Shown: positions 17,023 through 24,539 of the stretch, in pieces
Layout of the letters: the number at the start of each line of letters is the position of its first letter
How positions within the stretch are numbered: the first letter of the stretch is position 1
Source: a virus
Taxonomy: Duplodnaviria; Caudoviricetes
Length of the DNA stretch: 47,321 bases
IMG/VR virus record: IMGVR_UViG_3300017785_009685
Coordinates: 1 to 47,321 of that record
Strand: one strand, 5' to 3'
The notes under the pieces: generated by a model
Database searches by the model: none
Told to the model about the DNA's origin: nothing
Seen by the model: the letters and a program-made list of their open reading frames with translations, nothing else
Made by a program: the position numbers and the translations under genes

Positions 17023-18420
17023 ATGAACCCCTTCGGACTGTTTCAGGGCTTCGGCCAGATGAGCCGCAGCGACTTCAAGCCACCTGCTCCGGCGCCCAGC
17101 CGGGGGACCAACCCCTACAACAGCGGCCGAGGCAACGGCAACACCAATCCCTACGGCGGCGGCCGAGGCAACGGCAACACGGATCCGTATGGGGCTGGCC
17201 CCCGGGTATCGAGCCCGCCGCGCGGCGCGGGCAACAGCCGGGTGGTCCCCACCGGCCCGAGCGTGTTCAAGCCCATGCAGGCAGCCGACTTCGGCGGCGG
17301 CCCGCTGGGAGCCATGCGTGCTGCCGACTTCCGCGGTGGCCGAACACTGGCGGCCGCCCCGGCCTACGAGCGCCCTGCCGCTGTCGCAGTCAGCGGCGGC
17401 AAGATTGAAGCGGACTACCGGGTGCCCCCCGGCCAGCCCCGGATGCCGTCGGTGGCCCCTTCGCTGCCTGCAGGCAGCACGGCCAGTCGCGCCAATGCGG
17501 TCATGGCCCCGATTGGCGCTTCGCGTAACTCGGATCTGGTGCAGGCGGCTGGCAATGCCGGCATGCGCCTGGCTGATCCGGCCGCCTTCGCGATGTTTGC
17601 CGGCAACGGCGTCATGCCTGCGACCTCGGAAGACACCAGCCGCCGGATGCTTTCGGAGTTCGGCAGCGGCAGACCGGCCCTGGCTCCGACCGCAGCTTTT
17701 GACACCAGCAGCGAGCTCGCCTCGGCGGCCATCTCGCCAAGGACCCTGGCCACGGCGGCCTCTGCTTTTACCCCTGCCGCCGCCGGCGGCGATCGCTTCT
17801 CCAGCTTGCGGCCTGACATCGCCGCCTGGGCTCGCGCCAACCAGGGTGCCGCCAAGAGCGTCAACGATGGCATGAACATCGTCGATCGCTTCATGGCCAA
17901 GCAGGGCGCTGCGATGCCCCTCCCTGGGCCGTCGACGATCGGGTTTGCTGACGGCCGTCAGGTCACCGGCCCCCTGCCGGAAGCTCCGCTTACCGAAGAA
18001 ATGTCCCTCTCCGGACCATCGACGATCGGGTTCGCCGATGGTCGTCGAGTCACCGGTTCCCTGCCGGCGAGCTCGGTCCGCACAGTTGCGGATCTGGACC
18101 GCTCGCCTGGGATGCAGAACCAGACCGTGGACCTGTTCGGCACCTTGACCGATCCGAATCTGACCAATCCAGGCCTGACGCAACGCCTTGGCGAGGCTTT
18201 CCGCTCAGGCGCTACTGGTGCCCTGCCGACCAGGGGCGCCAACATCGGTTTGAGCGCTGAGCAGCAGTCCCAGATCGGTCAAGACCTCTCCCAGCCCCCC
18301 TCGCCGGCGGCCGGGGCCATCCTGGAGCCCGACACCGACATGGTGAGCCAGGTCCAGAGGATGCGGATGATCCGCAACAACTCCCGTCCCGCTCCCGGCA
18401 CTGCCGGGGTTCGTCCCTGA
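17023..18420 (+). CDS. low-complexity protein, possible internal virion protein
   Basis: 465 aa, A/G/P/S-rich with internal repeats (NPYxxGRGNGNT; MxAADFxGG; GPSTIGFADGRxVTG twice). Confidence 0.6.
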   Translation: MNPFGLFQGFGQMSRSDFKPPAPAPSRGTNPYNSGRGNGNTNPYGGGRGNGNTDPYGAGPRVSSPPRGAGNSRVVPTGPSVFKPMQAADFGGGPLGAMRAADFRGGRTLAAAPAYERPAAVAVSGGKIEADYRVPPGQPRMPSVAPSLPAGSTASRANAVMAPIGASRNSDLVQAAGNAGMRLADPAAFAMFAGNGVMPATSEDTSRRMLSEFGSGRPALAPTAAFDTSSELASAAISPRTLATAASAFTPAAAGGDRFSSLRPDIAAWARANQGAAKSVNDGMNIVDRFMAKQGAAMPLPGPSTIGFADGRQVTGPLPEAPLTEEMSLSGPSTIGFADGRRVTGSLPASSVRTVADLDRSPGMQNQTVDLFGTLTDPNLTNPGLTQRLGEAFRSGATGALPTRGANIGLSAEQQSQIGQDLSQPPSPAAGAILEPDTDMVSQVQRMRMIRNNSRPAPGTAGVRP

Positions 18421-18429
18421 GATTGAGCC

Positions 18430-18963
18430 ATGTCTTCGAGCTCCACCAACAAGCAGCCGATGCTGGTCGATCGGCCACTCCTGGCCGTCGTCAGCGTCGG
18501 TGAGGCCGCCGCCCTGGTCACCGCCACCAACCTGCGCACCCCCGCCCCGGCGGGACTCAAGGAGCTGGTCAATGGTGGCGACAGCGGCTGCTGCATCGAC
18601 AGCATCACGGCCGTCGCTCCGGAGGCGGCAATCACCGCCAGCCGGATCGTCGTCTTCGCCAGCCAGCAGGCCAACGCGGCCCTGCTGAACAGCGCCAACT
18701 GCTGGGCGATCGCCAGCGTCGCCCTGGACTCGAGCGCCATCGGCCAGCGCACCAACATCCCCCTGCTGCCGCTGCTGGCCCCGGTGCCCAATCTGGCCTC
18801 ACCGGCGGCCACCGTGGCCGCCTACCCAGGCGAGCTGGACAAGAAGATCACTGGCCTGCTGCTGCCCGTGGGCTGGTATCTCTACGTGGGATCCAGCGTG
18901 ATCCTGGCGACCGGCCTGGGGCCCTCCCAAGCACTGGTAGTGGCCCAGGGCGGCTACTACTGA
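18430..18963 (+). CDS. virion structural protein
   Basis: 177 aa; MSSSSTNKQPMLVDRP...VVAQGGYY, ending in the GGxY pattern seen in small phage tail proteins. Confidence 0.6.
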   Translation: MSSSSTNKQPMLVDRPLLAVVSVGEAAALVTATNLRTPAPAGLKELVNGGDSGCCIDSITAVAPEAAITASRIVVFASQQANAALLNSANCWAIASVALDSSAIGQRTNIPLLPLLAPVPNLASPAATVAAYPGELDKKITGLLLPVGWYLYVGSSVILATGLGPSQALVVAQGGYY

Positions 18964-18967
18964 TCCA

Positions 18968-20851
18968 GTGGCCCGGGGCAAGGGGTACGGCGGCGACTTC
19001 GGCTTTCCCCGCCCCCGCGGTGGTGATGACGTCTCCCGCCCCGCAGCGACCAAGGCCAAGGGGCTGTACGGCAATGGGCGTGAGCGGGGCGGCATCCGCG
19101 TGCCGACCCTGGTCGAGGCCTACGAGCGCGACAGCGACTACCGCCGCTGGCGGGCTGGCATGGACCTCTGGTTCGGCGGCAGTGACAGCTGGGCCGAGGT
19201 GCAGCTGGGCTGGCTGGCTCGCCTGAAGAGCGGGCCGGTATCCAGCATCATCCCGTTGACGACGACCCTGTTCCCGTCGCGAGGCTCAGCGGAATCGGCC
19301 TGGCATGTCACCGCGCGTCCGCGGGGGGCGATCCTGCTGCCTACGGCGATCCAGGCGCCCATGATCACGCTGGAGCGCGACGACCCTGACCCGGCCAAGC
19401 ACCGGCTGATCTACGACGTGCGGGGCACCTTGAGCCGTGCACGCCTGGCGGTCTGGCTCAATTTCGTCGGCGACCAGTTCGAGGACTCCGCAGAGGACGG
19501 GGACTACCCCGATGGCCTGATCGAGGATCCCGTCGATGCGGTCGCGCTCACCCTGATCGAGGTGGACGTGTCGAGGTTCCAGCTGATCTTCGATCTGTCG
19601 CGCCCATGTGTACGCAGAACGGTCGGTTCGCGTACCTATTGGAAGCCGATGCGCTACGCCTTGGCCAGCCCGCTGTTCTGGCGCGCCGACGGCAGCCGGC
19701 ACCTGGCCTCTTCGCCCCGCTTCGAGTGCAGCTGCCCGGACTACCAGGGCCGCAGCGTTTCCAACCTGCAGGGGGTCCGCGGGCCGCTGAGCGATCGCTT
19801 CCCAACACCGGCCGCCGGACGCGTGCCGGAAGGCCCCTGGGAGCAGCAGGCCGTGGGCTACGCCAAGAAGTGGCGCGACCTGGACCCTCGGGCTGATCGG
19901 CGGCGGGAGTGCAAGCACATCCACGCGGTGCGCTGGGCGGCGGGGGTGCCGTTCGATGAGCCCACCGATTCACCCTTGCTGTCAGGTCGCCGCGTTGACA
20001 CCTCCCTGTCTAGGCGCCTGCTGCCCTTTGCGGAGATCGGCCGCTTCTACGGCGAGCAGCTGATCACCTTTGACCGGCTGTTACTGGGCGTGGCGCCGCT
20101 GGTGGGCTTGAACCTCGACGCCGATGGGGAGCTGCGCGGGCAGACGCCAACCTTCCGGCCGGTGAACCAGCCGATCCTGTGGAACGACCCGGTGATGCCG
20201 GAGTATCCGTGGTGCCGGCAGAACGACTGGTGGCTGCCCCGGGGGACTGACCAGGTGTGGCTGTTTGATCCGCCCTCGGGCGGCTTCGTGCAGCAGCTGG
20301 GCGGCAAGGACGTGCTGGAGCGGGTGCCGATCACCGGCAGCAGCCTGGACATCCCGGTGCAGATCGGGCCGCCCCAGCAGCGACTGGCGTGGCGTGTCAC
20401 GACGCTTGGCTCGCTGGTGCTGCGCCTGGGCGTCCGCAAGCAACCGAAGGGGGCGCTGCTGGGCTCTGCCGGCCTGGGGCGCTCCCGGCTGGTGATGGAC
20501 ACGAACCTGCAGTTGGCGCTGCGCGGCACCGGTGGGCTTGGTTCGTCTGTGCTGTATGCCCAGCCGGTGGCTGACCTGCTGGGCCCACTGAGCGGTCGCG
20601 GTCGCCTGGGACTGGGCGCCTTGAGCGCCACGCAGGCCCGCATCTTGAACGGCCGAATCGCCGGCTCTGGCGGCCTGGGGGCCTCGGCACTGGACGAGCC
20701 GGTGCGCCGCCGGATCGAGACGGACCTGAGCGGCACAGGCGGCCTGAGGATGACGCTGAACAGCCGGCCGAACCGGGCCTTCTTCGGCGACTGGGCGGTG
20801 CAGCGCTTCGGAACAGAAGAGCTGGGGCTCATAGAGTGGTGGGGAGGCTAG
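18968..20851 (+). CDS. SWIM zinc-finger protein with C-terminal GxGGL repeats
   Basis: CSCPDY...CKHIHAV SWIM signature (CxC-xn-CxH). Confidence 0.7.
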   Translation: MARGKGYGGDFGFPRPRGGDDVSRPAATKAKGLYGNGRERGGIRVPTLVEAYERDSDYRRWRAGMDLWFGGSDSWAEVQLGWLARLKSGPVSSIIPLTTTLFPSRGSAESAWHVTARPRGAILLPTAIQAPMITLERDDPDPAKHRLIYDVRGTLSRARLAVWLNFVGDQFEDSAEDGDYPDGLIEDPVDAVALTLIEVDVSRFQLIFDLSRPCVRRTVGSRTYWKPMRYALASPLFWRADGSRHLASSPRFECSCPDYQGRSVSNLQGVRGPLSDRFPTPAAGRVPEGPWEQQAVGYAKKWRDLDPRADRRRECKHIHAVRWAAGVPFDEPTDSPLLSGRRVDTSLSRRLLPFAEIGRFYGEQLITFDRLLLGVAPLVGLNLDADGELRGQTPTFRPVNQPILWNDPVMPEYPWCRQNDWWLPRGTDQVWLFDPPSGGFVQQLGGKDVLERVPITGSSLDIPVQIGPPQQRLAWRVTTLGSLVLRLGVRKQPKGALLGSAGLGRSRLVMDTNLQLALRGTGGLGSSVLYAQPVADLLGPLSGRGRLGLGALSATQARILNGRIAGSGGLGASALDEPVRRRIETDLSGTGGLRMTLNSRPNRAFFGDWAVQRFGTEELGLIEWWGG

Positions 20852-20857
20852 GTACCG

Positions 20858-21217
20858 ATGGCAGCTCCCAACCTGCGAGATCCAGCGGTCGTCAACGGCA
20901 AGACGGTCGGCGTTGCTGTGACGACCTCCTTTGCGGACGTCCTGGCGAATGGCGCCAGTAGCGGCAAGGTGTTCAAGGTCAACGCGGCCTATTGCGCCAA
21001 TGTCGATGGCATCTTGCTCGCAAAGGTCGACTTGGTCTGGCGGCGCTCTGGCACGGATCGCTACCTGGCCAAGCTGCTTTCTGTGCCAGCCGGAGCCACC
21101 CAGATCCTGGTGGCGCGAGAGGCCTACATCTACCTGGAAGAAGGCGACAGTCTCAGGGTCAAGGCTGATACCGCCAGCATCCTGGAGTTGATCATCAGCT
21201 ACGAGGACATCGGCTGA
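20858..21217 (+). CDS. small tail-associated structural protein
   Basis: 119 aa; ANGASSGKVFKVN..ANVDG..IYLEEGDSL..ISYEDI is a common family in aquatic phage tail modules. Confidence 0.7.
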   Translation: MAAPNLRDPAVVNGKTVGVAVTTSFADVLANGASSGKVFKVNAAYCANVDGILLAKVDLVWRRSGTDRYLAKLLSVPAGATQILVAREAYIYLEEGDSLRVKADTASILELIISYEDIG

Positions 21218-21951
21218 TGCTGGGCTTCAATGGCGGCTTGATCGGGGTCCGAAGGGCGACGTCAACAGGCATAGCGACGGGACTGTGGCTGCCGAACGAA
21301 CAGGCCGCGGCAAGACGCGAAAATACCTGGCCGCAGTTCAACGATCAGTACCTGTCCCAGGTGAGACTCTTGCTGAAGATGGAAGGGGCGGACAACGGTA
21401 CGGTATTTACCGACAGCAGCGCGCTTAGTCAAACGATCACCAGGATTGGCAGTCCAGTTACGAGTATTGCTAACAAGAAGTTTGGCAACTCAAGTTATTT
21501 TGGTAACACCAGTTCTTGCCTGGGGTGGGCAGGCGATACGTTTGCCGGTGACTTTACGTGTGAGATGTTCCTAAATCCAAGTTCGCTGAGTGGCCTGTGT
21601 GGCTTTCTCGGGTGCACTGATGGCAACAGGCAAATGCGCCTGGATCCCGGTCTGTTTGTGTACTACGACGGCGTGGTTCTTTGCGGTCAAACACCGAGCA
21701 ACGGCGCTCCCGTGATCGGAACTTGGTACCACTTTGCCTGGTCACGAGAGGGCACGACCAGCCGTGTCTTCTGGGATGGAGTCCTACAATCCACGGTCAG
21801 CGGCTTTAGCCCAGCCGTGTTCCTGAACAGAGTCGGAGCTGCATACCAGGGAGGTGACAGGTGGCCCGGCTACATCGATTCAGCGCGTTTTACAGCTGCC
21901 TGTCGTTACACGAGCAGCTTTACTCCGCCGAGCGGGGAGTTCCCCGGGTAG
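21217..21951 (+). CDS. LamG-domain tail protein
   Basis: LLLKMEGADNGTVFTDSS..DFTCEMF..WYHFAWSR..GYIDSARFT..RYTSSFTPP; visibly lower GC than neighbours. Confidence 0.8.
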   Translation: MLGFNGGLIGVRRATSTGIATGLWLPNEQAAARRENTWPQFNDQYLSQVRLLLKMEGADNGTVFTDSSALSQTITRIGSPVTSIANKKFGNSSYFGNTSSCLGWAGDTFAGDFTCEMFLNPSSLSGLCGFLGCTDGNRQMRLDPGLFVYYDGVVLCGQTPSNGAPVIGTWYHFAWSREGTTSRVFWDGVLQSTVSGFSPAVFLNRVGAAYQGGDRWPGYIDSARFTAACRYTSSFTPPSGEFPG

Positions 21952-22117
21952 CGAACTCCGGGCACCTGCCCGTGCTCAGGTTGATCGGCGGAGCGATGTT
22001 GTTGCACCACTCATTCCAGCAGTGGCCGCGATCGATCGAGACAGGCCAGTGGCGGCGGGCGCAGGCCTGGCAGGTCGGGTGGGTGGTGCCGGTGCAGAGG
22101 GCTTCGTCTGCGAGCAT
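21920..22117 (-). CDS. small Cys-rich protein
   Basis: ATG 22117 coupled to the upstream stop; CTGTTHPTCQACARR...CPEF. Confidence 0.55.
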   Translation of the reverse strand: MLADEALCTGTTHPTCQACARRHWPVSIDRGHCWNEWCNNIAPPINLSTGRCPEFATRGTPRSAE

Positions 22118-22344
22118 CAGGGCCACCAGGAGGTGAGCCGGTACAGCCAGGGCGGCCGGAACCGGTAGCGCCCCGGCAGGGCGGCGTCGAACAGGTAGAA
22201 CTCCGGGCAGGTGTTCCGACTGGCGCCAGACGGTGCGCTGTGGCGCTCGACGGGCGCACCGTCGTGAGGGGCGGGGCTCGCTCGCTGGCAGAAGCGGCAG
22301 ATCGGCTGACCGCTGCCGTGGCACTGGTACCAGATGCCGCTCAT
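22117..22344 (-). CDS. small Cys-rich protein, paralog of 21920-22117
   Basis: CHGSGQPICRFCQR...CPEF; ATGA coupling with the upstream ORF. Confidence 0.6.
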   Translation of the reverse strand: MSGIWYQCHGSGQPICRFCQRASPAPHDGAPVERHSAPSGASRNTCPEFYLFDAALPGRYRFRPPWLYRLTSWWP

Positions 22345-22559
22345 GCGAACCCCTGCGGCTTGGCGGCCACCGGCCGGGGGCGAGCAGGGCGTGGCTGCTG
22401 GAACGCGCGCCCCGGGAAGCTCTCCTCGAAGGCGCGCTGCAGCCGCCAGTTGAGACGTGCCCCCTGGAACTCGATGATCTGCTGGCGCTGGAGTTCTTCG
22501 GCGATGTCGATCTGACCCGCGCGGAGATCGCGGGCGACCTGGTCTTCTTCAGGCGTCAT
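22341..22559 (-). CDS. hypothetical protein
   Basis: 72 aa, overlapping neighbours in a minus-strand operon. Confidence 0.55.
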   Translation of the reverse strand: MTPEEDQVARDLRAGQIDIAEELQRQQIIEFQGARLNWRLQRAFEESFPGRAFQQPRPARPRPVAAKPQGFA

Positions 22560-23109
22560 TGGTGGCTCCGTCGTGCTTGATGAAGGGCAGGCCGTCAGGC
22601 TTGCGGAAGCGGTCGTCGGTGCCCCAGCCGTGGCGCTGGTAGGACATCAGAAAGACCAGACAGCAGCCGGCGTGGGCCAAGTGCCCCAGGCCGGTCTCCG
22701 GATCGAGGTCTTCGCCGCGCCACCAGGCAAAGAGATGGCGCAGCAGGGCGGCGAAGTAACGGCCCCAGCGGGCACCGCGGCACCAGTTGTTGGCGTCGTA
22801 CTTTTCCGCCCCGAAGGTGAGGACCTGGGCGATCTCCTCGATGACATCAAAGGGCACCAGCTCGAGCCGGGGCTTGCTGCTCGATTCGGCGCTCTTGCGG
22901 CACTCGCCGTGAGGTTCATCAAAGGTGGGAGCAGGCTTCGGGGGATCCTCCCCTACGGGAGCCTTGATCGTGAAGGGGCTGCCATTGGCAATCGCCAGGA
23001 GGTAACGAGCCTCCAGCTCCTCAGGGGTGAAGCGCTTGGAGGGGCGGAGGGATCCGCCGATGGCGCTCTCGAAGTCCGGATCGAGCAAAGCGTCGCAAGC
23101 TGCTTCCAA
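22549..23109 (-). CDS. dATP/dGTP diphosphohydrolase-domain protein (DUF5664-like)
   Basis: KPRLELVP..IAQVLTFGAEKYDANNW..YFAALLRHLFAWWRGEDLDPETGLGHLAHAGCCLVFL; start uncertain (TTG 23109 chosen). Confidence 0.85.
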   Translation of the reverse strand: MEAACDALLDPDFESAIGGSLRPSKRFTPEELEARYLLAIANGSPFTIKAPVGEDPPKPAPTFDEPHGECRKSAESSSKPRLELVPFDVIEEIAQVLTFGAEKYDANNWCRGARWGRYFAALLRHLFAWWRGEDLDPETGLGHLAHAGCCLVFLMSYQRHGWGTDDRFRKPDGLPFIKHDGATNDA

Positions 23110-23139
23110 TAGTATGCAAGAGATGGCTGCCGTTTGTCG

Positions 23140-23373
23140 ATGGATCCGCAGAAGCGCCGACGCGCCTCGGCGGCCATGGTGGTGGCCTCGAGAGCCTTCC
23201 TGCAGCGGCTGACCGATCCAGCCGAGTCCCGCAACCTGTCGATGGAGCTGAGGATTGCGGCCCGCACGCTGCTGCGCCACTACCCCAGCAGCGAGGAGCT
23301 CAAGGCGATCGTGGAGAAGGGCATGGAGCTGAGCCTGGATCCGCGACCGGAGCTGGGTGAGTCTCGCCGGTAG
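23140..23373 (+). CDS. BPSL0761-like small protein
   Basis: SRAFLQRL..LRIAARTLLRHYP motif. Confidence 0.65.
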   Translation: MDPQKRRRASAAMVVASRAFLQRLTDPAESRNLSMELRIAARTLLRHYPSSEELKAIVEKGMELSLDPRPELGESRR

Positions 23374-23394
23374 ACTTCTGGGACTCGGGGCAGG

Positions 23395-23640
23395 GTGATG
23401 CAGCGCATGGCAGGCGCCATGGCCGACACGGTCCGCGTTGACGGACGCCCCACCTCGATGCTGGAAGTGCTGGACCAGTACGGCCGCGGAGATCACTTGA
23501 TCGACGGAGGCCCAGAGGTTGGGCTGTTTTGGGCCTCGAACATCACCAGCCTGGAGGTCGTCAACGGCGCTTTTCGCAGGCCCGTCGAGCACGCCTTCGA
23601 GGTCATCAGCCAGGCGAGGCCCAGCGAATCTCGCCGGTAG
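23395..23640 (+). CDS. hypothetical protein
   Basis: 81-aa ORF preceded by the repeated TCTCGCCGGTAGACT motif. Confidence 0.5.
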   Translation: MMQRMAGAMADTVRVDGRPTSMLEVLDQYGRGDHLIDGGPEVGLFWASNITSLEVVNGAFRRPVEHAFEVISQARPSESRR

Positions 23641-23666
23641 ACTCGTGAGATAGCTGTGATCATGCC

Positions 23667-24269
23667 ATGTACCCCGCCCTGAAGACGGCCGTGATGGGTG
23701 GAGGCCTGGGCCTCGGCGGTGCCGTCGCTGCCGAGGCAGCGGCTCACGATGAGATGGACTATACGGGCGAGACGCTCAAGGGGATCCGCGGCGAGCTGGC
23801 CGCTATGCCGCCGCAGGTGGCCCAGGCCGTGATGGGCACCGTTGGGGGCTCGATGGATCCCCAGGCGCGTGAGCTGGTGATGGCGGCCCTGAGCGGAACC
23901 CCGCCTGAGCAGATCCTGGCCGCGATGCCTGGAGCCCCCAAGGAGTTCAAGTCCCTGATCAAGGGCGCCGGCGAGCTGGCTGTCGGTGCGCCCCAGGTGG
24001 CCCAGCAGGCGATCGTGATGGGCATGAAGATGAACGCCTTCGAGGCCGAGGCGGCCGGTCGAAACCTCGATCCCGGCGCTGTCGGCGAGGCGGTCAACTC
24101 CGGCGAGGCCGGCGTCAGCTCCCTGCCGGCGATCCTGGGCGGCGCCGGCCTGGGTACCGGTGGGGCGATCCTGCAGCACCTGCTGAACCGGCGGGGCGCT
24201 GCTCTGGATGCGCAGATGGATGCGGCGATCCCTGGCTTCCGGGACTCCTTCAAGGTCCGACGAAACTGA
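23667..24269 (+). CDS. hypothetical A/G/M-rich protein
   Basis: 200 aa, high GC3, glycine-rich hydrophobic segments at both ends. Confidence 0.65.
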   Translation: MYPALKTAVMGGGLGLGGAVAAEAAAHDEMDYTGETLKGIRGELAAMPPQVAQAVMGTVGGSMDPQARELVMAALSGTPPEQILAAMPGAPKEFKSLIKGAGELAVGAPQVAQQAIVMGMKMNAFEAEAAGRNLDPGAVGEAVNSGEAGVSSLPAILGGAGLGTGGAILQHLLNRRGAALDAQMDAAIPGFRDSFKVRRN

Positions 24270-24271
24270 AC

Positions 24272-24515
24272 CGCAGGTAAAGGGATAGAGGTAAAGCACC
24301 CCCTCTCCCCTTGCAGTGCAGGGGGCGGTGGGATGTTCATAACCCCAAGGTCGGGAGTTCAAGTCTCCCCCGAGCCATCTACCTTTTTCGCCTCGATCCC
24401 CTTCAAAGCCCCTCTGGCGCAGTCGATTCGGGGCTTCAGACGTTGATCAAGCTGGGTCAACGAAAGTCAGCGTGGGTCAAGGTAAAGCGTTTGGAGGTAA
24501 AGTCCTTTACCTGCG
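24272..24515. promoter_or_regulatory. putative integrase arm-type sites flanking the attP core
   Basis: AGGTAAAG at 24275, 24289, 24480 and 24495, plus inverted CTTTACCT at 24505. Confidence 0.7.
24337..24377 (+). mobile_element. attP core: 3' half of tRNA with CAT anticodon (Met or Ile2)
   Basis: TCATAA-CCCCA-AGGTC-GGGAG-TTCAAGT-CTCCC-CCGAGCC-A gives anticodon loop, variable loop, T arm and acceptor 3' strand; the 5' half is absent; about 160 bp upstream of the integrase. Confidence 0.85.
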
Positions 24516-24539
24516 ATTTCCCCGCCCAGCGGCTCGCGC

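Noticed and set aside
22549-23592. 347-aa version of the diphosphohydrolase ORF
   Set aside because: The N-terminal extension is the antisense of two credible plus-strand genes.
24300-24377. Complete phage tRNA-Met gene
   Set aside because: Upstream sequence cannot form the acceptor 5' strand (GGCTCGG) or a D arm; only the 3' half exists, which fits attP.
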